Source: Eledone cirrhosa
Taxonomy: Eukaryota
Assembly: GCA_964016885.1 (NCBI GenBank)
Contig: OZ024741.1
Span: forward strand, 210,614,001-210,678,000
DNA length: 64,000 nucleotides
Direction: 5' to 3'
In this document: piece by piece, positions 11,685 to 24,900 of the stretch
How the letters are laid out: every line of letters starts with the position of its first letter
Numbering within the stretch: position 1 is the stretch's first letter
Notes under the pieces: model-generated
Seen by the model: only the letters and a program-made list of their open reading frames with translations
What the model was told of the DNA's origin: nothing
Databases searched by the model: none
Program-made: the position numbers and the translations under genes

Positions 11685-14600
11685 TCAGTTCACCTATCTC
11701 AACCACAGTCCACTGTCTCAGCCTCAGTTCACCTATCTCAGCCACAGTCCACTGTCTCAGCCACAGTCCACCTATCTCAGTCTCAGTCCACTGTCTCAGC
11801 CACAGTCCACCTATCTCAGCCACAGTCCACTGTCTCAGCCTCAGTTCACCTATCTCAGTCACAGTCCACTGTCTCAGCCACAGTCCACCTATCTCAGCCA
11901 CAGTCCACTGTCTCAGCCTCAGTTCACCTATCTCAACCACAGTCCACTGTCTCAGCCTCAGTTCACCTATCTCAGCCACAGTCCACCTATCTCAGCCACA
12001 GTCCACTGTCTCAGCCTCAGTTCACCTATCTCAACCACAGTCCACCTATCTCAGTCTCAGTCCACTGTCTCAGCCACAGTCCACCTATCTCAGCCACAGT
12101 CTACTGTCTCAGCCTCAGTTCACCTATCTCAACCACAGTCCACCTATCTCAGTCTCAGTCCACTGTCTCAGCCACAGTCCACCTATCTCAACCACAGTCC
12201 ACTGTCTCAGCCTCAGTTCACCTATCTCAGCCACAGTCCACCTATCTCAGTCTCAGTCCACTGTCTCAGCCACAGTCCACCTATCTCAGCTACAGTCCAC
12301 TGTCTCAGCCTCAGTTCACCTATCTCAACCACAGTCCACCTATCTCAGTCTCAGTCCACTGTCTCAGCCACAGTCCACTGTCTCAGCCACAGTCCACCTA
12401 TCTCAGCCACAGTCCACTGTCTCAGCCTCAGTTCACCTATCTCAACCACAGTCCACCTATCTCAGTCTCAGTCCACTGTCTCAGCCACAGTCCACTGTCT
12501 CAGCCACAGTCCACCTATCTCAACCACAGTCCACTGTCTCAGCCTCAGTCCACTGTCTCAGCCTCAGTTCACCTATCTCAACCACAGTCCACTGTCTCAG
12601 CCTCAGTCCACTGTCTCAGCCACAGTCCACTGTCTCAGCCTCAGTCCACTGTCTCAGCCACAGTCCACCTATCTCAGCCACAGTCCACTGTCTCAGCCAC
12701 AGTCCACCTATCTCAGCCACAGTCCACTGTCTCAGCCTCAATCCACCTATCTCAGCCACAGTCCACTGTCTCAGCCTCAGTCCACTGTCTCAGCCACAGT
12801 CCGCCTATCTCACCCTCAGTCCACTGTCTCAGCCACAGTCCACCTATCTCAGCCTCAGTCCACCGTCTCAGCCACAGTCCACTGTCTCAGCCACAGTCCA
12901 TTGTCTCAGCCACAGTCCACTGTCTCAGCCTCAGTTCACCTATCTCAACCACAGTCCACTGTCTCAGCCTCAGTTCACCTATCTCAACCACAGTCCACTG
13001 TCTCAGCCTCAGTCCAATTTCTCAGCCACAGTCCACTGTCTCAGCCTCAGTCCACTGTCTCAGCCACAGTCCACCTATCTCAGCCACAGTCCACTGTCTC
13101 AGCCACAGTCCACCTATCTCAGCCACAGTCCACTGTCTCAGCCTCAGTCCACCTATCTCAGCCACAGTCCACTGTCTCAGCCTCAGTCCACTGTCTCAGC
13201 CACAGTCCGCCTATCTCAGCCACAGTCCACCTATCTCACCCTCAGTCCACTGTCTCAGCCACAGTCCACCTATCTCAGCCTCAGTCCACTGTCTCAGCCT
13301 CAGTCCACTGTCTCAGCCTCAGTCCACCTATCTCAGCCTCAGTCCACTGTCTCAGCCTCAGTCCACTGTCTCAGCCTCAGTCCACCTATCTCAGCCACAG
13401 TCCACTGTCTCACCCTCAGTCCACCGTCTCAGCCACAGTCCACTGTCTCAGCCACATTCCACTGTCTCAGCCACAGTCCACTGTCTCAGCCACAGTCCAC
13501 TGTCTCAGCCTCAGTTCACCTATCTCAACCACAGTCCACTGTCTCAGCCTCAGTTCACCTATCTCAACCACAGTCCACTGTCTCAGCCTCAGTCCACTGT
13601 CTCAGCCTCAGTTCACCTATCTCAACCACAGTCCACTGTCTCAGCCTCAGTCCACTGTCTCAGCCTCAGTCCACTGTCTCAGCCACAGTCCACTGTCTCA
13701 GCCTCAGTCCACTGTCTCAGCCACAGTCCACCTATCTCAGCCACAGTCCACTGTCTCAGCCACAGTCCACCTATCTCAGCCACAGTCCACTGTCTCAGCC
13801 ACAGTCCACCTATCTCAACCACAGTCCACTGTCTCAGCCTCAGTTCACCTATCTCAGCCACAGTCCACTGTCTCAGCCTCAGTCCACTGTCTCAGCCACA
13901 GTCCACCTATCTCAGCCACAGTCCACCGTCTCAGCCACAGTCCACCTATCTCAGCCACAGTCCACCTATCTCAGCCACAGTCCACTGTCTCAGCCACAGT
14001 CCACCTACCTCAGCCACAGTCCACCTATCTCAGCCACAGTCCACTGTCTCAGCCACAGTCCACCTATCTCAGTCTCAGTCCACTGTCTCAGCCACAGTCC
14101 ACTGTCTCAGTCTCAGTCCACCTATCTCAGTCTCAGTCCACTGTCACAGCCACAGTCCACTGTCTCAGTCTCAGTCCACCTATCTCAGTCTCAGTCCACT
14201 GTCTCAGCCACAGTTCACCTATCTCAGCCACAGTCCACTGTCTCAGTCTCAGTCCACCTATCTCAGTCTCAGTCCACTGTCTCAGCCACAGTCCACTGTC
14301 TCAGTCTCAGTCCACCTATCTCAGCCACAGTCCACTGTCTCAGCCTCAGTCCACTGTCTCAGCCACAGTCCACTGTCTCAGCCTCAGTCCACTGTCTCAG
14401 CCTCAGTCCACCTATCTCAACCACAGTCCACTGTCTCAGCCTCAGTTCACCTATCTCAGCCACAGTCCACTGTCTCAGCCTCAGTCCACTGTCTCAGCCA
14501 CAGTCCACTGTCTCAGCCTCAGTCCACTGTCCCAGCCTCAGTCCACCTATCTCAACCACAGTCCACTGTCTCAGCCACAGTCCACCTATCTCAGCCACAG

Positions 14601-17600
14601 TCCACTGTCTCAGCCTCAGTCCACTGTCTCAGCCACAGTCCACCTATCTCAGCCACAGTCCACTGTCTCAGCCACAGTCCACTGTCTCAGTCTCAGTCCA
14701 CCTATCTCAGCCACAGTCCACTGTCTCAGCCACAGTCCACCTATCTCAGCCACAGTCCGCCTATCTCAGCCACAGTCCACTGTCTCAGCCACAGTCCACC
14801 TATCTCAGTCTCAGTCCACTGTCTCAGCCACAGTCCACTGTCTCAGTCTCAGTCCACCTATCTCAGCCACAGTCCACTGTCTCAGCCACAGCCCACCTAT
14901 CTCAGCCACAGTCCACTGTCTCAGCCACAGTCCACCTATCTCAGTCTCAGTCCACTGTCTCAGCCACAGTCCACTGTCTCAGCCACAGTCCACCTATCTC
15001 AGCCACAGTCCACCTATCTCAGCCACAGTCCACCTATCTCACCCTCAGTCCACTGTCTCAGCCACAGTCCACCTATCTCAGCCTCAGTCCACTGTCTCAG
15101 CCTCAGTCCACTGTCTCAGCCTCAGTCCACCTATCTCAGCCTCAGTCCACTGTTTCAGCCTCAGTCCACTGTCTCAGCCTCAGTCCACCTATCTCAGCCA
15201 CAGTCCACTGTCTCACCATCAGTCCACCGTCTCAGCCACAGTCCACTGTCTCAGCCACAGTCCACTGTCTCAACCACAGTCCACTGTCTCAGCCACAGTC
15301 CACTGTCTCAGCCTCAGTTCACCTATCTCAACCACAGTCCACTGTCTCAGCCTCAGTTCACCTATCTCAACCACAGTCCACTGTCTCAGCCTCAGTCCAC
15401 TGTCTCAGCCTCAGTTCACCTATCTCAACCACAGTCCACTGTCTCAGCCTCAGTCCACTGTCTCAGCCACAATCCACTGTCTCAGCCACAGTCCACTGTC
15501 TCAGCCTCAGTCCACTGTCTCAGCCACAGTCCACTGTCTCAGTCTCAGTCCACTATCTCAGCCTCAGTCCACCTATCTCAGCCACAGTCCACTGTCTCAA
15601 CCACAGTCCACTGTCTCAGCCTTAGTTCACCTATCTCAACCACAGTCCACTGTCTCAGCCTCAGTCCACTGTCTCAGCCACAGTCCACTGTCTCAGCCTC
15701 AGTCCACTGTCTCAGCCACAGCCCACCTATCTCAGCCACAGTCCACTGTCTCAGCCACAGTCCACCTATCTCAGCCACAGTCCACTGTCTCAGCCACAGT
15801 CCACCTATCTCAACCACAGTCCACTGTCTCAGCCTCAGTTCACCTATCTCAGCCACAGTCCACCTATCTCAGCCACAGTCCACTGTCTCAGCCACAGTCC
15901 ACCTATCTCAGTCTCAGTCCACTGTCTCAGCCACAGTCCACCTGTCTCAGCCACAGTCCACTGTCTCAGTCTCAGTCCACCTATCTCAGTCTCAGTCCAC
16001 TGTCTCAGCCACAGTCCACTGTCTCAGTCTCAGTCCACCTATCTCAGCCACAGTCCACTGTCTCATCCTCAGTCCACTGTCTCAGCCACAGTCCACTGTC
16101 TCAGCCTCAGTCCACTGTCTCAGCCTCAGTCCACCTATCTCAACCACAGTCCACTGTCTCAGCCTCAGTCCACTGTCTCAGCCACAGTCCACTGTCTAAG
16201 CCTCAGTCCACTGTCTCAGCCACAGTCCACCTATCTCAGCCACAGTCCACTGTCTCAGCCACAGTCCACCTATCTCAGCCACAGTCCACTGTCTCAGCCA
16301 CAGTCCACCTATCTCAACCACAGTCCACTGTCTCAGCCTCAGTTCACCTATCTCAGCCACAGTCCACTGTCTCAGCCTCAGTCCACTGTCTCAGCCACAG
16401 TCCACCTATCTCAGCCACAGTCCACTGTCTCAGCCACAGTCCACCTATCTCAGCCACAGTCCACCTATCTCAGCCACAGTCCACTGTCTCAGCCACAGTC
16501 CACCTATCTCAGCCACAGTCCACCTATCTCAGCCACAGTCCACTGTCTCAGCCACAGTCCACCTATCTCAACCACAGTCCACTGTCTCAGCCTCAGTCCA
16601 CTGTCTCAGCCACAGTCCACCTATCTCAGCCACAGTCCACTGTCTCAGCCTCAGTCCACCTACCTAAGCCTCAGTCCACTGTCTCAGCCTCAGTCCACTG
16701 TCTCAGCCACAGTCCACCTATCTCAGCCACAGTCCACTGTCTCAGCCACAGTCCACCTATCTCAACCACAGTCCACTGTCTCAGCCTCAGTCCACTGTCT
16801 CAGCCTCAGTTCACCTATCTCAACCACAGTCCACTGTCTCAGCCTCAGTCCACTGTCTCAGCCACAGTCCACTGTCTCAGCCTCAGTCCACTGTCTCAGA
16901 CACAGTCCACCTATCTCAGCCACAGTCCACTGTCTCAGCCTCAGTCCACCTATCTCAGCCACAGTCCACTGTCTCAGCCACAGTCCACTGTCTCAGCCAC
17001 AGTCCACTGTCTCAGCCTCAGTCCACTGTCTCAGCCACAGTCCACCTATCTCAGCGACAGTCCACTGTCTCAGCATCAGTCCACCTATCTCAGCCACAGT
17101 CCACTGTCTCAGCCACAGTCCACTGTCTCAGCCACAGTCCACCTATCTCAGCCACAGTCCACTGTCTCAGCCTCAGTCCACTGTCTCAGTCTCAGTCCAC
17201 TGTCTCAGCCTCAGTCCACCTATCTCAGCCACAGTCCACTGTCTCAGCCTCAGTCCACTGTCTCAGCCACAGTCCACCTATCTCAGCCACAGTCCACTGT
17301 CTCAGCCACAGTCCACTGTCTCAGTCTCAGTCCACCTATCTCAGCCACAGTCCACTGTCTCAGCCACAGTCCACTGTCTCAGTCTCAGTCCACTGTCTCA
17401 GCCTCAGTCCACCTATCTCAACCACAGTCCACTGTCTCAGCCACAGTCCACCTATCTCAGCCACAGTCCACTGTCTCAGCCTCAGTCCACTGTCTCAGCC
17501 ACAGTCCACCTATCTCAGCCACAGTCCACTGTCTCAGCCACAGTCCACTGTCTCAGTCTCAGTCCACCTATCTCAGCCACAGTCCACTGTCTCAGCCACA

Positions 17601-20270
17601 GTCCACCTATCTCAGCCACAGTCCACCTATCTCAGCCACAGTCCACTGTCTCAGCCACAGTCCACCTATCTCAGTCTCAGTCCACTGTCTCAGCCACAGT
17701 CCACTGTCTCAGTCTCAGTCCACCTATCTCAGCCACAGTCCACTGTCTCAGCCACAGTCCACCTATCTCAGCCACAGTCCACTGTCTCAGCCACAGTCCA
17801 CCTATCTCAGTCTCAGTCCACTGTCTCAGCCACAGTCCACTGTCTCAGCCACAGTCCACCTATCTCAGCCACAGTCCACCTATCTCACCCACAGTCCACC
17901 TATCTCACCCTCAGTCCACTGTCTCAGCCACAGTCCACCTATCTCAGCCTCAGTCCACTGTCTCAGCCTCAGTCCACTGTCTCAGCCTCAGTCCACCTAT
18001 CTCAGCCTCAGTCCACTGTTTCAGCCTCAGTCCACTGTCTCAGCCTCAGTCCACCTATCTCAGCCACAGTCCACTGTCTCACCATCAGTCCACCGTCTCA
18101 GCCACAGTCCACTGTCTCAGCCACAGTCCACTGTCTCAGCCACAGTCCACTGTCTCAGCCACAGTCCACTGTCTCAGCCTCAGTTCACCTATCTCAACCA
18201 CAGTCCACTGTCTCAGCCTCAGTTCACCTATCTCAACCACAGTCCACTGTCTCAGCCTCAGTCCACTGTCTCAGCCTCAGTTCACCTATCTCAACCACAG
18301 TCCACTGTCTCAGCCTCAGTCCACTGTCTCAGCCACAGTCCACTGTCTCAGCCACAGTCCACTGTCTCAGCCTCAGTCCACTGTCTCAGCCACAGTCCAC
18401 TGTCTCAGTCTCAGTCCACTATCTCAGCCTCAGTCCACCTATCTCAGCCACAGTCCACTGTCTCAACCACAGTCCACTGTCTCAGCCTCAGTTCACCTAT
18501 CTCAACCACAGTCCACTGTCTCAGCCTCAGTCCACTGTCTCAGCCACAGTCCACTGTCTCAGCCTCAGTCCACTGTCTCAGCCACAGTTCACCTATCTCA
18601 GCCACAGTCCACTGTCTCAGCCACAGTCCACCTATCTCAGCCACAGTCCACTGTCTCAGCCACAGTCCACCTATCTCAACCACAGTCCACTGTCTCAGCC
18701 TCAGTTCACCTATCTCAGCCACAGTCCACTGTCTCAGCCTCAGTCCACTGTCTCAGCCACAGTCCACCTATCTCAGCCACAGTCCACTGTCTCAGCCACA
18801 GTCCACCTATCTCAGCCACAGTCCACCTATCTCAGCCACAGTCCACTGTCTCAGCCACAGTCCAACTATCTCAGCCACAGTCCACCTATCTCAGCCGCAG
18901 TCCACTGTCTCAGCCACAGTCCACCTATCTCAGTCTCAGTCCACTGTCTCAGCCACAGTCCACTGTCTCAGTCTCAGTCCACTGTCTCAGCCACAGTCCA
19001 CCTATCTCAGCCACAGTCCACTGTCTCAGTCTCAGTCCACCTATCTCAGTCTCAGTCCACTGTCTCAGCCACAGTCCACTGTCTCAGTCTCAGTCCACCT
19101 ATCTCAGCCACAGTCCACTGTCTCAGCCTCAGTCCACTGTCTCAGCCTCAGTCCACCTATCTCAACCACAGTCCACTGTCTCAGCCTCAGTCCACTGTCT
19201 CAGCCACAGTCCACTGTCTAAGCCTCAGTCCACTGTCTCAGCCACAGTCCACCTGTCTCAGCCACAGTCCACTGTCTCAGCCACAGTCCACCTATCTCAG
19301 CCACAGTCCACTGTCTCAGCCACAGTCCACCTATCTCAACCACAGTCCACTGTCTCAGCCTCAGTTCACCTATCTCAGCCACAGTCCACTGTCTCAGCCT
19401 CAGTCCACTGTCTCAGCCACAGTCCACCTATCTCAGCCACAGTCCACTGTCTCAGCCACAGTCCACCTATCTCAGCCACAGTCCACCTATCTCAGCCACA
19501 GTCCACTGTCTCAGCCACAGTCCACCTATCTCAGCCACAGTCCACCTATCTCAGCCACAGTCCACTGTCTCAGCCACAGTCCACCTATCTCAACCACAGT
19601 CCACTGTCTCAGCCTCAGTCCACTGTCTCAGCCACAGTCCACCTATCTCAGCCACAGTCCACTGTCTCAGCCTCAGTCCACCTACCTCAGCCTCAGTCCA
19701 CTGTCTCAGCCTCAGTCCACTGTCTCAGCCACAGTCCACCTATCTCAGCCACAGTCCACTGTCTCAGCCACAGTCCACCTATCTCAACCACAGTCCACTG
19801 TCTCAGCCTCAGTCCACTGTCTCAGCCTCAGTTCACCTATCTCAACCACAGTCCACTGTCTCAGCCTCAGTCCACTGTCTCAGCCACAGTCCACTGTCTC
19901 AGCCTCAGTCCACTGTCTCAGCCACAGTCCACCTATCTCAGCCACAGTCCACTGTCTCAGCCTCAGTCCACCTATCTCAGCCACAGTCCACTGTCTCAGC
20001 CACAGTCCACTGTCTCAGCCACAGTCCACTGTCTCAGCCTCAGTCCACTGTCTCAGCCACAGTCCACCTATCTCAGCGACAGTCCACCGTCTCAGCATCA
20101 GTCCACCTATCTCAGCCACAGTCCACTGTCTCAGCCACAGTCCACTGTCTCAGCCACAGTCCACCTATCTCAGCCACAGTCCACTGTCTCAGCCTCAGTC
20201 CACTGTCTCAGTCTCAGTCCACTGTCTCAGCCTCAGTCCACCTATCTCAGCCACAGTCCACTGTCTCAGC
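11685..20270 (+). repeat. Copy 2 of the 11,684-bp-offset duplication
   Basis: Near-identical to 1..8586. I found nine single-base differences by eye, and the two 2106-aa ORF translations differ at 4 residues. Confidence 0.95.
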
Positions 20271-21960
20271 CTCAGTCCACTGTCTCAGCCACAGTCCACC
20301 TATCTCAGCCACAGTCCACCTATCTCACCCTCAGTCCACTGTCTCAGCCACAGTCCACCTATCTCAGCCTCAGTCCACTGTCTCAGCCTCAGTCCACCGT
20401 CTCAGCCACAGTCCACTGTCTCAGCCACAGTCCACTGTCTCAGCCACAGTCCACTGTCTCAGCCACAGTCCACCTATCTCAGCCACAGTCCACTGTCTCA
20501 GCCTCAGTTCACCTATCTCAACCACAGTCCACTGTCTCAGCCTCAGTCCACTGTCTCAGCCTCAGTCCACCTATCTCAACCACAGTCCACTGTCTCAGCC
20601 TCAGTCCACTGTCTCAGCCACAGTCCACTGTCTAAGCCTCAGTCCACTGTCTCAGCCACAGTCCACCTATCTCAGCCACAGTCCACTGTCTCAGCCACAG
20701 TCCACCTATCTCAGCCACAGTCCACTGTCTCAGCCACAGTCCACCTATCTCAACCACAGTCCACTGTCTCAGCCTCAGTTCACCTATCTCAGCCACAGTC
20801 CACTGTCTCAGCCTCAGTCCACTGTCTCAGCCACAGTCCACCTATCTCAGCCACAGTCCACTGTCTCAGCCACAGTCCACCTATCTCAGCCACAGTCCAC
20901 CTATCTCAGCCACAGTCCACTGTCTCAGCCACAGTCCACCTATCTCAGCCACAGTCCACCTATCTCAGCCACAGTCCACTGTCTCAGCCACAGTCCACCT
21001 ATCTCAACCACAGTCCACTGTCTCAGCCTCAGTCCACTGTCTCAGCCACAGTCCACCTATCTCAGCCACAGTCCACTGTCTCAGCCTCAGTCCACCTACC
21101 TCAGCCTCAGTCCACTGTCTCAGCCTCAGTCCACTGTCTCAGCCACAGTCCACCTATCTCAGCCACAGTCCACTGTCTCAGCCACAGTCCACCTATCTCA
21201 ACCACAGTCCACTGTCTCAGCCTCAGTCCACTGTCTCAGCCTCAGTTCACCTATCTCAACCACAGTCCACTGTCTCAGCCTCAGTCCACTGTCTCAGCCA
21301 CAGTCCACTGTCTCAGCCTCAGTCCACTGTCTCAGCCACAGTCCACCTATCTCAGCCACAGTCCACTGTCTCAGCCTCAGTCCACCTATCTCAGCCACAG
21401 TCCACTGTCTCAGCCACAGTCCACTGTCTCAGCCACAGTCCACTGTCTCAGCCTCAGTCCACTGTCTCAGCCACAGTCCACCTATCTCAGCGACAGTCCA
21501 CCGTCTCAGCATCAGTCCACCTATCTCAGCCACAGTCCACTGTCTCAGCCACAGTCCACTGTCTCAGCCACAGTCCACCTATCTCAGCCACAGTCCACTG
21601 TCTCAGCCTCAGTCCACTGTCTCAGTCTCAGTCCACTGTCTCAGCCTCAGTCCACCTATCTCAGCCACAGTCCACTGTCTCAGCCTCAGTCCACTGTCTC
21701 AGCCACAGTCCACCTATCTCAGCCACAGTCCACCTATCTCACCCTCAGTCCACTGTCTCAGCCACAGTCCACCTATCTCAGCCTCAGTCCACTGTCTCAG
21801 CCTCAGTCCACCGTCTCAGCCACAGTCCACTGTCTCAGCCACAGTCCACTGTCTCAGCCACAGTCCACTGTCTCAGCCACAGTCCACCTATCTCAGCCAC
21901 AGTCCACTGTCTCAGCCTCAGTTCACCTATCTCAACCACAGTCCACTGTCTCAGCCTCAG
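19130..21960 (+). repeat. 1,414-bp tandem duplication (boundaries approximate)
   Basis: TAA of TGTCTAAG at 19219/20633 and AGCGAC at 20075/21489 are both offset by 1,414. Confidence 0.87.
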
Positions 21961-24900
21961 TTCACCTATCTCAACCACAGTCCACCTATCTCAACCACAG
22001 TCCACTGTCTCAGCCTCAGTTCACCTATCTCAACCACAGTCCACCTATCTCAGCCACAGTCCACTGTCTCAGCCTCAGTCCACCGTCTCAGCCACAGTCC
22101 ACTGTCTCAGCCACAGTCCACTGTCTCAGCCACAGTCCACTGTCTCAGCCACAGTCCACCTATCTCAGCCACAGTCCACTGTCTCAGCCTCAGTTCACCT
22201 ATCTCAACCACAGTCCACTGTCTCAGCCTCAGTTCACCTATCTCAGCCACAGTCCACTGTCTCAGCCACAGTCCACCTATCTCAGTCTCAGTCCACTGTC
22301 TCAGCCACAGTCCACCTATCTCAGCCACAGTCCACTGTCTCAGCCTCAGTTCACCTATCTCAGCCACAGTCCACTGTCTCAGCCACAGTCCACCTATCTC
22401 AGCCACAGTCCACTGTCTCAGCCTCAGTTCACCTATCTCAACCACAGTCCACTGTCTCAGCCTCAGTTCACCTATCTCAGCCACAGTCCACCTATCTCAG
22501 TCTCAGTCAACTGTCTCAGCCACAGTCCACCTATCTCAGCCACAGTCCACTGTCTCAGCCTCAGTTCACCTATCTCAGCCACAGTCCACCTATCTCAGTC
22601 TCAGTCCACTGTCTCAGCCACAGTCCACCTATCTCAGCCACAGTCCACTGTCTCAGCCTCAGTTCACCTATCTCAACCACAGTCCACCTATCTCAGTCTC
22701 AGTCCACTGTCTCAGCCACAGTCCACCTATCTCAGCCACAGTCTACTGTCTCAGCCTCAGTTCACCTATCTCAACCACAGTCCACCTATCTCAGTCTCAG
22801 TCCACTGTCTCAGCCACAGTCCACCTATCTCAACCACAGTCCACTGTCTCAGCCTCAGTTCACCTATCTCAGCCACAGTCCACCTATCTCAGTCTCAGTC
22901 CACTATCTCAGCCACAGTCCACCTATCTCAGCCACAGTCCACTGTCTCAGCCTCAGTTCACCTATCTCAACCACAGTCCACCTATCTCAGTCTCAGTCCA
23001 CTGTCTCAGCCACAGTCCACTGTCTCAGCCACAGTCCACCTATCTCAGCCACAGTCCACTGTCTCAGCCTCAGTTCACCTATCTCAACCACAGTTTCACC
23101 TATCTCAGCCTCAGTCCACTGTCTCAGCCTCAGTTCACCTATCTCAGCCACAGTCCACTGTCTCAGCCACAGTCCACCTATCTCAGCCACAGTCCACTGT
23201 CTCAGCCACAGTCCACCTATCTCAACCACAGTCCACTGTCTCAGCCACAGTCCACCTATCTCAGCCACAGTCCACTGTCTCAGCCTCAGTTCACCTATCT
23301 CAACCACAGTCCACCTATCTCAGTCTCAGTCCACTGTCTCAGCCACAGTCCACTGTCTCAGCCACAGTCCACCTATCTCAGCCACAGTCCACTGTCTCAG
23401 CCTCAGTCCACCTATCTCAGCCACAGTCCACTGTCTCAGCCTCAGTCCACTGTCTCAGCCACAGTCCACCTATCTCAGCCACAGTCCACCTATCTCACCC
23501 TCAGTCCACTGTCTCAGCCACAGTCCACCTATCTCAGCCTCAGTCCACTGTCTCAGCCTCAGTCCACCGTCTCAGCCACAGTCCACTGTCTCAGCCACAG
23601 TCCACTGTCTCAGCCACAGTCCACTGTCTCAGCCACAGTCCACCTATCTCAGCCACAGTCCACTGTCTCAGCCTCAGTTCACCTATCTCAACCACAGTCC
23701 ACTGTCTCAGCCTCAGTCCACTGTCTCAGCCTCAGTCCACCTATCTCAACCACAGTCCACTGTCTCAGCCTCAGTCCACTGTCTCAGCCACAGTCCACTG
23801 TCTAAGCCTCAGTCCACTGTCTCAGCCACAGTCCACCTATCTCAGCCACAGTCCACTGTCTCAGCCACAGTCCACCTATCTCAGCCACAGTCCACTGTCT
23901 CAGCCACAGTCCACCTATCTCAACCACAGTCCACTGTCTCAGCCTCAGTTCACCTATCTCAGCCACAGTCCACTGTCTCAGCCTCAGTCCACTGTCTCAG
24001 CCACAGTCCACCTATCTCAGCCACAGTCCACTGTCTCAGCCACAGTCCACCTATCTCAGCCACAGTCCACCTATCTCAGCCACAGTCCACTGTCTCAGCC
24101 ACAGTCCACCTATCTCAGCCACAGTCCACCTATCTCAGCCACAGTCCACTGTCTCAGCCACAGTCCACCTATCTCAACCACAGTCCACTGTCTCAGCCTC
24201 AGTCCACTGTCTCAGCCACAGTCCACCTATCTCAGCCACAGTCCACTGTCTCAGCCTCAGTCCACCTACCTCAGCCTCAGTCCACTGTCTCAGCCTCAGT
24301 CCACTGTCTCAGCCACAGTCCACCTATCTCAGCCACAGTCCACTGTCTCAGCCACAGTCCACCTATCTCAACCACAGTCCACTGTCTCAGCCTCAGTCCA
24401 CTGTCTCAGCCTCAGTTCACCTATCTCAACCACAGTCCACTGTCTCAGCCTCAGTCCACTGTCTCAGCCACAGTCCACTGTCTCAGCCTCAGTCCACTGT
24501 CTCAGCCACAGTCCACCTATCTCAGCCACAGTCCACTGTCTCAGCCTCAGTCCACCTATCTCAGCCACAGTCCACTGTCTCAGCCACAGTCCACTGTCTC
24601 AGCCACAGTCCACTGTCTCAGCCTCAGTCCACTGTCTCAGCCACAGTCCACCTATCTCAGCGACAGTCCACCGTCTCAGCATCAGTCCACCTATCTCAGC
24701 CACAGTCCACTGTCTCAGCCACAGTCCACTGTCTCAGCCACAGTCCACCTATCTCAGCCACAGTCCACTGTCTCAGCCTCAGTCCACTGTCTCAGTCTCA
24801 GTCCACTGTCTCAGCCTCAGTCCACCTATCTCAGCCACAGTCCACTGTCTCAGCCTCAGTCCACTGTCTCAGCCACAGTCCACCTATCTCAGCCACAGTC

